Shown: positions 39,956 through 52,600 of the stretch, one piece after another
Position numbering within the stretch: position 1 is the first letter of the stretch
Layout: each line of letters begins with the position of its first letter
DNA from: Azolla caroliniana
Taxonomy: Eukaryota > Plantae > Polypodiophyta
Direction: 5' to 3'
Length of the DNA stretch: 64,000 nt
Assembly (NCBI GenBank): GCA_043228905.1
Contig: JBHGNT010000005.1
Coordinates: 23,188,001-23,252,000 of the forward strand
Made by a program: the position numbers and the translations under genes
The notes under the pieces: model-generated
Databases searched by the model: none
Told to the model about the DNA's origin: nothing
The model's input: only the letters and a program-made list of their open reading frames with translations

Positions 39956-41076
39956 GTACCAAGTGGTCTAGCTTCATATCGTGTGAACCACTCTCTGTGG
40001 GGTCACATGGAATGAAGCCCTAGAGTCCAACAACCATATATGAATAAGCAAGTGAGCCATATTGACCTCAACATTAGCATCATCATCCATGACCAAAATG
40101 TCAACATCGTCATCGCATGTAACATTTATTTCCTCTATTTTCTTTGAGGATGATGAATCGGTCACTTGCATAACATGCCCACCACCATACAGTCCTTTTT
40201 CATATCTTTTTGTGATGGTAATGGCATTCCACAAGTCTCTTTCTAGATTTGCTTCTGCTCTTATCATTTCCATGGTTGTTTATGGTTTGGCTTCTACCAC
40301 ATTGTTGGTTCTTGCCATAACCAGAATCTCGTACATTATATGCCTCTCCAACTTGTGAGGTGACCATAGATTTCCTACGGATTTCTTCACCCAATAGTGC
40401 TCCACGTATGTCATTATAGACTAATTTCCCATTTGGTTCACTAGTGCTAATAGTGATAAAAAATGTGTCCCATGAGCTAGGCAATGTACATAATAGAAAT
40501 ACACATTTTAATTCATCATTCGTAGTCATTTTTTGAGCTTGCAACTGAGACCATAATGCATCAAACTCATTAAGATGAGAAGCAACACTATCTGTGTCCC
40601 TCATGCGAAGATCATAGAGCTTTCTCATGAAAAACACTTTGTTTGCAATAATTTCCTTCTCATATGTATTGCATAACTTTTTCCAAAGTTCTTCAAAATT
40701 TTTACTATCTAAAACAGTGAAGTAGACACTATCTGCCAAGTGCAGTCTTATCGTAGACATGGTCAAAGCATCAAGTTCCTCCCAATCATCATCATCCATG
40801 TCATTCGGCTTCTTGGCTTTGCCACCTAGAGGCCTCGTTTGCTTTCTTTGAACCAATACATCACGCATCTAATTCTTTCGTAAAGCAAAATTAGATCCAT
40901 CAAATTTGTGGATCTCAATATGATCTTTTCCCAAAAACGAATAGTTCTTACATGAACTATTGCGACCATGCATCCAACGTTTGGACTCGATGGGAGTGAA
41001 CAACAATATCAAACAACTGAGCATAGGCCATTTTGGCCTTTTCACACTATGTGCATGTCTCTATATACATATAACA
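39956..41076 (-). mobile_element. Ty1/Copia (Tnt1/Tork-like) gag-protease fragment, cut by the chromovirus LTR
   Basis: IHKFDGSNFAL, MRDVLVQ, LLCTLPSSWD, protease WLLDSRASFHVTP ending beside the LTR at 39955; right boundary tentative. Confidence 0.8.
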
Positions 41077-43794
41077 GGTATTTGCCACGAGATTTGGGTT
41101 TGGGGATTTGCGTGGTGAGGTTTCCAGTGTCTATTGGTTGTACATGAGTCAAGTTTGTTAGATCATTAGTTGTATTTATAATTGATGGTTGTACCTTTGT
41201 TTTATATTGGGTAGTAATGGTCGATTCATCAAAAATCATGCTTTGACTGAAGATGAATTTCTTTGATGTCATATCGTAAAGTCGATAGGCTTTATAGCCG
41301 TGAGCATCACCATATCCGACGAAGATAGTTTTGTTTTCCCGGGCATCTAGTTTGTTTCTTTTATTCTCAAGTACATATGCATAGGCCGGACAACCAAATA
41401 TTCAAAGGGCTTTTACATGTGGTTTATGTCCATACCATAATTCGTATGGTGTCATTAATCCTATTGAGCGATGATAGATTCAATTTTGTAGACAACATGT
41501 TGTACCAATAGCTTCTTCCCAAAATTTTGAAGGTAGATTGGCGACTTGAAGCATGCTTCGAGCAACATTTAGAAGACTTCTATTTTTCCGTTCTGCTACT
41601 CCATTTTGTTGTGGAGTATGAGGTGTTGAAATGCGATGGTGGATTCCTTGGGCTTGGTAGAATTCATTAAATGCACTAGAACAATATTCACACCCACCAT
41701 CCGTTTGTAGTTGTTGAATGGATCTTTGTGTTATATTCTCTACTAATCGGGTGTAATTTTTGAATGCTTGAAGTGCTTGATCTTTGGTTTTCAGAAAGGT
41801 TATAAGTGTAAAACGGGTATAATCATCGACAAAGCTAATAAAATAATGAGATCCGGTTATTGATTTTGTAGGGAAAGGTCCACAAATGTCGTTGTGCACA
41901 AATTGTAATGGATTTTGGTATTTGTTATGCCTAATTGGAAATGGATGTTGTGGCATTTTGCCCAATAGACATCCTTCGCAAAGATCAATTTTTGAAAAAC
42001 ATTCTTTCGATAAGCCACTAACCATATTATTTGATTGGAGTGTCTTGATGGCTTGAACATTTAGGTGTCTGAGTCAATGATGCCATAATATTGTTTGTTC
42101 GATATTGCTCTCACTTTTTGCAATATGTGCTTCTATCTTTTGGCGTGTAGGAATGTATTGTATAGGGTAGAGACCGCCCTCACTTCGATTGCAATTATAT
42201 TTGATTTGTTCTCCATTTGGTAATGTGTACTTAATTTGGGCACCACTTTCTGTTGCTTGCTCGATAGATAAAAGATTCTTTGTGATTCCAGGAACAAAAT
42301 AGACATTACCAATTTTGAATTGTTTATCCTTTTCAATTTTGAAGTTGATATCCCCTTTTCCTAGTGCTTCTTTAGTTTTGTTGTTCCCAAAACGGGCTTT
42401 GACGGGTGTTGCTAGCGGAGTATAGTTAGAAAGCCAATCTTTGTTAAATGATGTGTAGCTCCCATATCAAAATATCATGTGTTATTTTCTTGAGTTGAAG
42501 TTTGTATTCCTACAAGGAATGCTTCCACAAAAAAGGATTGGATAAGATCATTATATCCCTCTTCTTCATCATCATATCCTTCATCATAATTAGTTGAGCA
42601 ATCTTTGTTTTCTTAACCTTCTTGGTAATCTTCAACTATGTGTGCTTGAACTTGCTTTGGTTGTGTACGTTCGATGAATCTTGAGTTGTAGTCGAGTTGT
42701 GGACGATGAAATGTTTGCCTTGTTTTGTACGCTATCATTGCTGATGTGTTTTGAGAGGCATCAAGTTGGCGTACTTTTCTCATTGCATCTTCTTGTCGGA
42801 TGCAATTTATTAAGTCATTTAAGTTTATATTATGATTTGCATTTTGAGTAGTGACAAAGTTACTCCAAGAATTTAGTAGGGCACCGAGAAGTAACAATCA
42901 TTGAAGTTTTTGGTTGATATCGACTCCTGTTGTAAGACAATCATCAATTTTTCTCTTCCATGTATTAATGAATTCGGCCATTTCATCATCGTCTTTCATT
43001 TTTAGGGTTACAAGTATATTTAATGTCATAACTTGATTTCCATCTGTTTTTGGTTCAAACTCATTTTGTAGATCTATCCACATTTCATGTGATGTTTCGA
43101 ATTTTCAAATTGTGTCGACTTCTTGATCGTCAAGGTGAGACATAATCTCCAATTGTGTTGCTAGGTCTTTCTCTTCCCATGCTTCAAATGTTGGGTCACG
43201 AACATCGGGTTTGGCTTCTATTCCTTGTACTACACTCCATAGTTTTGTTTGTCGAAATAAAATTATCATTTTACGGCTCCATACGCGGTAGTTTGTGTTT
43301 CAAAGTTTGTTGATATTTGCTTTTCTATTTCTGAAATTTTGGGTTGTAGCAGACAATGAGGATGATGAATGCGTCATGGCTATAAATGGCGATTCGGATC
43401 GGCGTTAGACAGGGATGGCGCAAGACTTGAATGGGAATTGTTTAATTATACTCCTTAATCTGATACCATGTAGGAGTATAAGAATAGAGTATATAAGATA
43501 TTTGTACAAATTTTAGTTGTATTGATTCCATTCAAATGAAACAAAGTGTACAATGATCCAACAAGTAGTTGCCAACAATATCTGTGTCTTTACAAGTAGT
43601 TGCCAACAATGTCTGTGTCTTTACAAGTAGTTGCCAACAATGTCTGTGTCTTTACAAGTAGTTGCCAGCAATGTCTTTGTCTTACCGATGAGACAAGATG
43701 CCTCTTCATGCGTCTCTTAGATGAGACACTATATACATTATTATTATTGTTTTTATTGTTTTATTATTGTTTTATTTTATTTTTTTCTATTCCA
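41077..43794 (-). mobile_element. Ty1/Copia 5' half: LTR ~43469-43794, iMet PBS 43459-43468, decayed gag, GAG-pre-integrase and integrase
   Basis: TGGTATCAGA right after the LTR CA end; integrase CEGCLLGK, HNDICGP, FVDDYTR, LQTDGGCEY, TPQQNGVAERKNR; RT absent. Confidence 0.85.
43561..43684. repeat. 31-bp tandem repeat x4 inside the Copia LTR
   Basis: ACAAGTAGTTGCCAACAATGTCTGTGTCTTT at 43561, 43592, 43623, 43654. Confidence 0.95.
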
Positions 43795-43810
43795 AGAGAG
43801 TGAACTGAGC

Positions 43811-45835
43811 CTATGGTGTACCTATGCTTCTTGAATGACTTGTATCTGATGAGAAAGGCTGTGATGAGAATTTGGATTGAGAAATGGTGATAACACTTTG
43901 TTGGGACCAATCCAGAGTGGCTGGGTATACAGGTATAGCCGTCGGTAGATTCATCAAGATCTTGTCTTTGAGTACTTGAATGACCTGTCTCATGGTCGGC
44001 CGGACATCGGGAGTCGGATGGCAGCACGTGAGGGCAAGATGAAGCACACATATCCATTCATCAGTTAGGGCAATGCTTGGATCAAGCGCATCTTGGAGCC
44101 GATCACTCTTGTGGAGCAGCCACAGCCAGTCAATGATTCTACCTTCTTGTGGTGGTAAAGAAGGGTCAATGGGCCGACGGCCGCACGCGACCACTAGGGC
44201 AAGCACCCCGAAGCTATACACGTCCGCCTTGTCCGTGCCCCTGCCCGTGTATACGAGCTCCGGAGCCACATACCCGGGGGTGCCCACGGCAGTGAGAGTC
44301 ACCTCTTGGTTGTGAGAGATGAGCCGGGCGAGCCCGAAATCGCACAACACCGGCTCGAGTTCGTCCGTCAACAACACATTCTCGGCTTTCACATCCCTAT
44401 GCAGGATGCAACTCCCCAACCCTGTATGCAAATACTCTAATCCGGCCGCGATCCCCGCCAGTATCTTCAATCTTACGTCGCCTTCGAGCACTACTAATCC
44501 TTCCTTCTTCCCATAAATATATTGATCCAAGCTTCCCTTGCTCATGTATTTGTAGAGCAGCAATGCTTCCCCTTTCTCGTAGCACCATCCTTCCAACGCC
44601 AGCAAATTGCGGTGGCATAGCGTGCTGATGATGCCGATCTCGGACACGAACTCTTGCTCCTTCTTCACTCCATCTTTGAGCTTCTTGAGGGCGAACAAGG
44701 AGCCATCCGGAAGCTTCGCAAGGTAGACACTGCTGTATCCACCCTCACCGATCTTATTGGCCTCCGAGAATCCGGCCGCAGCCCTCTTCAAATCTCGGTG
44801 GCTGTACCGCTGGGGCAAGGCTCTGCTGCCAGAGAGGGTTAACCATCTGGTTGAGGAGAAATGCGGCTGGTGGATCCAGTACCCGGCGAATCCAGCAGTC
44901 AGAATGAGAAGCAAAACTATGGCAGAGGGTAAGCCAATGACAAGTCCCAAAGAGGGAGCAGCAGAATGAGAATCTGTCATGCTGAAATTCCAAGCATATA
45001 TGGCACATCCCTCCAGATTGCCGAGGCCGAAGCGGTTCGTGGAGGAGAATCCGGCGTACACAGGTTGATCGAACAGTGTGGAGATGTCGTAGGTGTATTG
45101 AAGGATGGGATGGAGGGGGCGGGCAGGCGGGGGATCATCTAAGGACATGTTGGTCATCCATACTTGGATGAGGCGGGTAGCCGATTCGTACTCGATCCAC
45201 GCCGTGAATGTGTAGTTGTGGTAGAGGTAGAGAGGGGAGGAGGTGTCATTGGTGTCGGTGACATTGGAAGAGATGATGGAGTTGATGTTGATGCCGACAT
45301 GGCTTTGGCTGGGATCTTTGTAGAGGAGGCTTTGGGAGGTATCGAATTCGACCGCGAAGAAAGGGAATGGAGGGGGCAGAAGGGTCTGATTGGTGATGGT
45401 GGTGTCTTGGTAAGTGACAAGGCCCATGGCACCCGACTGGCTGTCGTTGGGGGCAATGGAGGAGGTGGAGATGAAGAAGGCCATGCCGCTGCCCGATTTC
45501 GAGGCATTCATGATTAGTTGGAAGGTGAAAGAAGTGGTGAAAGACGCGGTGGACGATAGGATGAAAGGGTTCCTGTAGACCATGCGGCCGAGGTTCCCAA
45601 TGCTACCATCGACACGCGGGTCGGCGGTGGTGGGATCTGGGGTGAGCCAGAATGCTGAGCCAGAGAAGGAGACTGCTTGACCCTGGTACCAGCTTGCCTC
45701 CTGGACAATAGAAATGTCTGCTATGTTGCTGCTGCTAAAGGCAGAGTGCTGGAATGACAACTTCTCTGCCTCTGCCTTCAGCAGCAGTAGTGGCAGGAGG
45801 ATGAGAAACAGGACAACATGACTCTGCTTCATCAT
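43811..45835 (-). CDS. L-type (legume) lectin receptor-like kinase, 674 aa, intronless
   Basis: Signal peptide; lectin motifs SFTTSFTF, GSGMAFF, FAVEFDT, SHVGININ, AWIEY, VYAGFS, YAWNF; TM helix; kinase GEGGYSSVY, ALKK, HRDVKAENVLL, DFGLA, GTPGYVAPE, DVYSFG. Confidence 0.96.
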   Translation of the reverse strand: MMKQSHVVLFLILLPLLLLKAEAEKLSFQHSAFSSSNIADISIVQEASWYQGQAVSFSGSAFWLTPDPTTADPRVDGSIGNLGRMVYRNPFILSSTASFTTSFTFQLIMNASKSGSGMAFFISTSSIAPNDSQSGAMGLVTYQDTTITNQTLLPPPFPFFAVEFDTSQSLLYKDPSQSHVGININSIISSNVTDTNDTSSPLYLYHNYTFTAWIEYESATRLIQVWMTNMSLDDPPPARPLHPILQYTYDISTLFDQPVYAGFSSTNRFGLGNLEGCAIYAWNFSMTDSHSAAPSLGLVIGLPSAIVLLLILTAGFAGYWIHQPHFSSTRWLTLSGSRALPQRYSHRDLKRAAAGFSEANKIGEGGYSSVYLAKLPDGSLFALKKLKDGVKKEQEFVSEIGIISTLCHRNLLALEGWCYEKGEALLLYKYMSKGSLDQYIYGKKEGLVVLEGDVRLKILAGIAAGLEYLHTGLGSCILHRDVKAENVLLTDELEPVLCDFGLARLISHNQEVTLTAVGTPGYVAPELVYTGRGTDKADVYSFGVLALVVACGRRPIDPSLPPQEGRIIDWLWLLHKSDRLQDALDPSIALTDEWICVLHLALTCCHPTPDVRPTMRQVIQVLKDKILMNLPTAIPVYPATLDWSQQSVITISQSKFSSQPFSSDTSHSRSIGTP

Positions 45836-45895
45836 CTTCTTCTTCCTCTTCCTCTTCTTATTCAGTTATCTGCAACTGATATGTTCTTCCTTTAT

Positions 45896-46399
45896 ATATG
45901 ACATGTATGTTTGTACATTTGTACATATGTATGTGTCTGTGTATGTATATATATGTATGTGTGTGTGTATGTATGCATGCATGCATGTGTGTGTGTGTGT
46001 ATGTGTGTGTGTGTGTATCTATCATAATAATGTATGTATGTATGTATGCATGCATGCATGTGTGTGTATGTATGTATGTAAGTATGTATATGTGTGTGTA
46101 TGTATGTATGTAAGTAAGTAAGTATGCATGCATGCATGTGTGTGTATGTATGTATGTATAATGTAAGTATGTATATGTGTGTGTATGTATGTATGTATGT
46201 ATGTATGTAAGTAAGTATGCATGCATGCATGTGTGTGTATGTATGTATGTAAGTATGTATATGTGTGTGTATGTATGTATGTATGTAAGTAAGTATGCAT
46301 GCATGCATGTGTGTGTATGTATGTATGTAAGTATGTATATGTGTGTGTATGTATGTATGTATGCATGCATGCATGTGTGTGTATGTATGTATGTAAGTA

Positions 46400-46453
<54 letters not shown>

Positions 46454-46460
46454 CATGCAT
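45896..46460. repeat. Compound microsatellite (TATG/TG/TGCA/TAAG) with higher-order blocks, ~60 bp upstream of the LecRK start codon
   Basis: Alternating purine-pyrimidine tract of ~560 bp with repeated ATGCATGCATGCAT blocks and a final (TG)n run. Confidence 0.97.
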
Positions 46461-47539
46461 TCCATTGGAGGAGCCTATTCTTTTGACTTTAAGGTTTATA
46501 ATACCATTCATAAAACATGTGCCGATTTTGTCTCCATTCAATCCATCGGCATTGTTCATTCTTTGCTTCATTGTCTCATTCTTTTCTTCCTCATTCTTGA
46601 GCTATTGGCTGCGGTCAACTCGAACCAATTCAAAATATTCTGGAATCTCACTTCGTTTCAACTTTCCTCCACTCTCCAGCCTAAATTTGATGGATTAGAA
46701 TTAAAGTTTTTCGGCATTAAATCCCGGAGCTTTTAGAAAATGTAACATGATTCTTGAACAATCCGACGCCCTTCTCTTTTATTCTCGAACAATCGTTGTT
46801 GGCCTTAACTAGCCTTCTCCATAATTTGTTGCACTATCAAGCGATCAAGTGGGGAGAGTGTAAATAAAAACATTAATCAAAGAATTATCTCAATAATGAA
46901 GTTTGTGGGTGCTCCTATGAATATGTGTACACAAGTTTACATGTGGAATGTACAAAACCATGTTTGTATTTGCATTCTATGTGACCATGTATGTGTGGAG
47001 TTTGTTGATTTATGTGTCTGAGTACGAGTATGTGTGCTTGTATGTGTATGTGGGAAATAATAATCAAGCAAAATAATTATAATCGTATTCATAAGAAAGG
47101 CAGTTTTCACCCCACGCTGGTCTCCTTTAAATCCAACATCACCTATTGTATGAACATGGCATTTCTCTAATAACAAAAGGATTCTCCCTCACTTGGCTCT
47201 CTCCTCTAGCTTCTCATTTTTTAGGTGAAAACACACAATTATATAAATGTGTGTGAAAAACACTACAAACAATGGGTATCACCCACTAACTACATAGGTA
47301 GTGGAACCTATTGAATTGCCAAAGGCAACACGAACAGTTTACTGAGAAAAGAATTTTTACTTCAATAAAAAAGTTTGATATATTAATACTTGAACTTTCA
47401 TAGATATGCATCGACTTCGTCCATGTCTACCATCAAATACAAAAGCATTGTGCATATCCCAATTACACGCAATCCCCAATACCTTAGAAACACGAAAACA
47501 ATCTTGATCTCTGATTTTGTGTTGACTAGTGTGAATTGG

Positions 47540-47644
47540 GTTGTAATTGGTCCCAAGAAAGTAACCATTGGAGACATTTTGCTACCGCCTTCCGTCAAGA
47601 TTATTGATGATTCACAATACATAGTTACTATCCAAACACCCATT
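47540..47644 (+). pseudogene. rpoA: Short plastid rpoA-like fragment (NUPT)
   Basis: VIGPKKVTIGDILLPPSVKIIDDSQYIVTIQTPI resembles the GP..VTA.DI.LPP.VEI.D..QHIA motif of plastid RNA polymerase alpha; flanks show no evident rpoA similarity. Confidence 0.7.
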
Positions 47645-47744
47645 GTCTTGGTGTCAAATAACACTGACAAATTTGAGAAATGTACATAACTTAAACTTGG
47701 TTAAAGCATGAGCGTCTAGTGGTGGCATGAGAAACCCTATCTAT

Positions 47745-48030
47745 GCAACCTCATCATGAAGTAAAGGGGGAGGGAGGGAGCCAACAAAGATTTTTATGTC
47801 ATATGTAACTTCAATCTAAATAATAAAGAAATGGTTTAAGCAACCTCATCATGAAGTACAGGGGGTGGAGAGAGCCAACAAAGTCTTTTTATGTCATATG
47901 TAACTTCAATCTAAGTAATAAAGAAATGGTTGAAGCAACCTTTTCATGAAGTAAAAAGGGAGGGGGGGAGCCTAACAATTTTTTTTTATGTCATATGTAA
48001 CTTCAATCTAAATAATAAAGAAATGGTTTG
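47745..48030. repeat. 95-bp tandem repeat x3
   Basis: GCAACCT..TCATGAAGTA...ATGTCATATGTAACTTCAATCTAA at 47745, 47840, 47935. Confidence 0.93.
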
Positions 48031-48190
48031 ACATATAAATGGCTAATTTTCCATTTAACAACTTGTCCTTATGATTATTAACCTACAAATACTTTCCTTG
48101 AGTTTTAATCTCTAACCTACACTACACTCTTGACATTATTTTCTAACGTCTCTTTTTGAATATCAAATTCAACTTGTCAAAATATTGGTT

Positions 48191-48425
48191 CTAACCTGAT
48201 CATCATAGTTCCATACCTATGTCTTCATAAATTATCTTTTGGTTCCTTCCAATCTCGAAGCCCTCCATGCCACTTGCAAATATAAGTTTGATGATTGCTC
48301 GCAAAGATGCTAACCTGATCATCATAGTTCAATACCTATGTTTTCCTAAATTATCATTGGTTCTCTCCAATCTTGAAGCCCTCCATGCCACTTGCAAATA
48401 TAGGATTGATGGTTGCTCGCAAAGA
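48191..48425. repeat. 119-bp tandem repeat x2
   Basis: CTAACCTGATCATCATAGTTC...GAAGCCCTCCATGCCACTTGCAAATATA at 48191 and 48310. Confidence 0.9.
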
Positions 48426-48699
48426 GCATGATACACAAACCTCAACACTATTGGATGGTAGATTGAAGAAATTGCTCCCCAATAGCCATTATTCCAATCC
48501 CTCAACTATTTCAAATGTGGATGGTGTCACAAAATGTCAAGATTTGAGCTTGTGACCTTTAAAAAGAGTCTTATACACTCACCAACACACCACCTTATAA
48601 ATATGGCACTATATATAATAAATGATCGCCAAATGGCATGCATGCACGCCAAGTGGCACACAAAATGTATGGAAAGTGGTGATCACGTGTGAACCCATG

Positions 48700-49180
48700 T
48701 ACAAAAAGATTGCATATAGACATTGCTTAGATTCTGCACCCGAGAAACCTAAGTTTCAAGTTGGTGACTGTGTATTGATGTAATGTGAAAAGGTACTAAA
48801 CCAACTGACAAGTTGGATTTCCAACGTCTAGGTCCATTTGTAATGTTTGATCAAGTCAACGATATTGCATTTTGTTTGGACTTGCCTTCACATATGTGTC
48901 TTCATCTAGTATTTCATGTTTCATTGTTAGAGCCATAGACATCAAGTTCCATCCCAAATTGGGTTGTTCCACCACCAACTTTGGTTCAAATTGTTGAGTT
49001 ACAACCAAAATATGAGGTAGAAGCTATTTTGGACTCCAAGATCATCAGCAACAAGTTATATAACCTTGTAGATTGGCTTGGATATAGGCCTTAGGATCGA
49101 ATGTGGGGACCTATAGAGAATGTCACTAATGCACCTAAACTTCTGAACTTATACATGGGTTTCATCTTTGCTACCCTAGC
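48700..49180 (+). mobile_element. Chromovirus integrase C-terminus with chromodomain (decayed)
   Basis: KFQVGD, LDFQRLGPF, VFHVSLLEP, YEVEAILDSK...LVDWLGY...WGPIENVTNAP. Confidence 0.8.
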
Positions 49181-49319
49181 GTTAGTGTTTGTATGATTTC
49201 ATCCAAGGAGGACAAGGGTGTGTTTGACCATCCAATAAAACAATTGGGAGAGAAGGATGAGGGCCTCTTAGGGGTTTCTGAAGTGCTTTGAAATAAGCTT
49301 ATATGTCTTCTATTTAGTC

Positions 49320-49690
49320 CAAGCATCATTACATCTCGAACTCCTTCCTTTAAGAGATAAGTTGTAAATTTGTCCGAGAAGTACTCCTTTGCTCTATCCG
49401 ACTGAAGGCATCAGACATGCCAACCGGTTGTCTTTTCAACTTCACTTTTAAATTTCTGGAAGTGTGAGAACACTTCACTCTTTTGCTGCATAGGATAAAT
49501 TTCCAAGTGTGCCTGGAGAAGTCATCGATGAACGTGACATAGTATCGGCATCCTCCAAATGTGGCCACCTAGGGTGGTCCCCACACATCAAAGTGAACTA
49601 TGTCTAAGAGGCCTTTACTCACATTTCGTTCCTTTGGGAATGGATGTCGATGTTGTTTGCCAATTTGGCATGCTTCACCCACTCCAATGC
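49320..49690 (-). mobile_element. Copia integrase fragment, same family as the + strand Copia near 52000-52330 but inverted
   Basis: EACQIGKQHRHPFPKERNVSKGLLDIVH.DVWGP, ATFGGCRYYVTFIDDFSRHTW. Confidence 0.8.
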
Positions 49691-52600
49691 TGGAGAGAAG
49701 AAAAGGGACAAAAAGAGGGGAGATAAAGAGAAAGAGAATGAGGAATAAAAAGTAATAGAATTATAATGACAAAAATGGAAAGAAGACACAAATATAGATA
49801 TAAAAACTCTATATTCTTCTAAGATTTAATCAAATATGACCACGATAAGGGAACAAGAATACACGTTTATATGATCGTGATAGATTGGTTAAAAATTTGA
49901 AAACATAACAACAATATTTAATATTGATTGTCGTGTATCCCATCTTGAACCCTTGTAGTTCTCCACTTGCCACAGAATGTTCTATAGTATCACTTTTCTA
50001 CTTAAAATACCCTTTATGCCCATTGTCATTGCAATATTGTAATCATAATGTTGACTTTAAATCAAACTCAACCTAGTCTAATGTGTAAACACACCCTTTG
50101 AGAATGTTTGAGCATTCAAGGGTCAAAGGTTAAAGGTCACTGCTAACTCTCCACCGTTAACTATGTGTCATATAATCATATTCTATGACACATAACTAAT
50201 GTGGTTCCACATTCCCCATGACACATGAACTTCAGTGAGAGAATGTAGTGAGAGGGTGACTTTATATAAAGCACCTCTCTCCCTCTTTTGTACTTGGTTT
50301 TTCTATTGTATAAATCTTACCCCTTGTTAATATACATTTGCGACTTTTTATTTTCCTATCTATCTTGTGTCTCTTCTCTCCTCATTTACACACACATAAC
50401 ACACATCTCTAATCTATTCCGCATAATATAATTCCTCTAGCTAATTATTTACATGGTATCAGAGCTCGTGGTTTAGCATATCCACTAAGCCCACCTGACT
50501 CATAGTGATTGTGTGTTCGATATGCTGATAACAAATCTAGCTATCCACTATCGTAGTGTCCCTACATAGCTCGTGTCTAAGGAAGAAGAAGAAGGAGGAA
50601 ATCTTCATCGACATAAGGAATACTCAAATGGGTAGCTCTCTCCCTAGAGATAAGTTGGACCGAAACAACTTTGCAGCTTGGGAGTACAAGATACGCCAAT
50701 ACCTTGTCCACCAAGTTTATTAGAGCTACATCAAAGGAGCTCAAGAAAACAAACCCGACCAAAAGGACATCGACTTCTCAACATGGGAGCAAGCGGCTAG
50801 TCGTATAATGTATTGTTTGGTGACATGTGTCCGTGACCACATGCTCGACAACATTTGAGAAACCAAGACGCCGAAGGAAGCATGGGAGAATCTAAGGAAT
50901 AGTTTTGCAACCAACACAACCGCAAGAAAGCTTAAACTCCACCAAGAGTGAACAACATCCAACAAAGGGACATGTCTATCACAAACTACACCTTGAAGAT
51001 CAAGGAGCTTCGTGATTCACTCGGCTCAATAAGCGTCTTGAATGTGGATGATGACGAGATGGTGCAAATGTGCCTAGGCGGCCTTGCACCATGGTTCGGC
51101 GCAAGGAGAACCGTCGTCCTAACAAGAGAGAATCCTCCCTCTCTCTTCGATCTTCAATCAATGTTGTTGCTTGAACAAAACCATGTTTGAACAAGGAGAA
51201 ACGCCTCGGAATGCCACATGCTATACATACACACGGACGGAGGAAGAGGACGCAATCATGCAAGAAGAGGCCGATTTGGCCAAGGATGAGGCAGACGAGC
51301 TTCAACCTATGAAAACAACTCCCATTACCGGAAAGACGGTGGAAACTCAAGAGGAACGTTTGAAAGAAGGGGGAGCTTCCATGTTTGTCCAAGCCGACAA
51401 AACAATCCCTTCAAATGTGAATATTGTGGCAAAATCGGCCACCATGAAGAGTAGTGTCGAAAGAAGAAGAGTGAATCGGCTTCTACAAGCTAGCAACTCA
51501 CCAATTATGCCACCACGGTGCATCAAACCATATGACGTCACATCAAGAATGGTTCCAAGACCTACGAGAGCCGGATCGACCCAATTATGTTGAGACCAGA
51601 GATGACACTACACATCCGATTCAACATGTCGGCAATGTCCCATTCGGGAAAGAAGGAAAACAAACTTGCATAAAAAACGTCTTGCATGTACCAACCATAA
51701 CAAAGAATTTGGTCTCGAACAACCAAATTGTTGAGGAAGGCATGCAATTTCCATTCAACAAAGGTGGTTGCTTCATTGGGAAGGAAGTCTGACTCATAGC
51801 TCATGGTCGAAGGGAGAGCCGAATGTTTATCCTCAAGTCAAACAAGGTAAAATCAGCCATGTCGCAAAGGACCATAAAGCCAACATCGATATAAAGTTGT
51901 GGCACAAAAGAATCCCGAGGCCATATTAACCTCCAAAAGCTCAAGGGGATGCAATCAAAAGGAGCTTGAACTCCCTTCATTCAAAGAGAAAGAGATTGAA
52001 GGACTATGTGAAGCTTGCCAATTCCGCAAGCAACATCGGTACCTGTTCACGAAAGAGAGGAACGTGAGTAGAGGCCTACTGGACGTAATCCACTCAAAAG
52101 TGTGGGGACCTGCCCAAACGACAACATTCGGAGGATCTTGATGTTATGTTACCTTTATCGACAATTTCTCTAGGCACACATGGATCTTTCCCATGAGGCA
52201 AAAGAATGAAGTTCACACACTTCCAAAAATTCAAAAGTGGAGTCGAAAAGGAAACAGGTCGGCATTTAAAATGCTTTTGGTTGGACAAAAGAAAAGAGTA
52301 CTTCTCCGACGAATTTTTGGCTTATCTCCGGAAAGAATTCGGCGAGAGTTTATTTGCAGAGACACACCGCAACAAAATGGAGTGGCTGAACGCAAAAATC
52401 GGCACATCCTTGAAGTAGTAAGGGCAATAATGAACGAGAAGAATTTGCCAAAATTGTATTGGGCAGAAGCTACAAATATTGTCGTCTACGTCATGAACTG
52501 GTACACAACATCCAGAGTGCACGATGTAACCCCTCATGAGGAATAATATGGAAAGAAGGTGGATCTATCCATGTCCACAATAGAATGGAGTGGCCTAACG

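Noticed and set aside
45858-46736. His/Thr/Tyr- and Cys/Val/Met-rich ORFs
   Set aside because: Stop-free frames of a microsatellite; the same applies to the ORFs at 37554-37869
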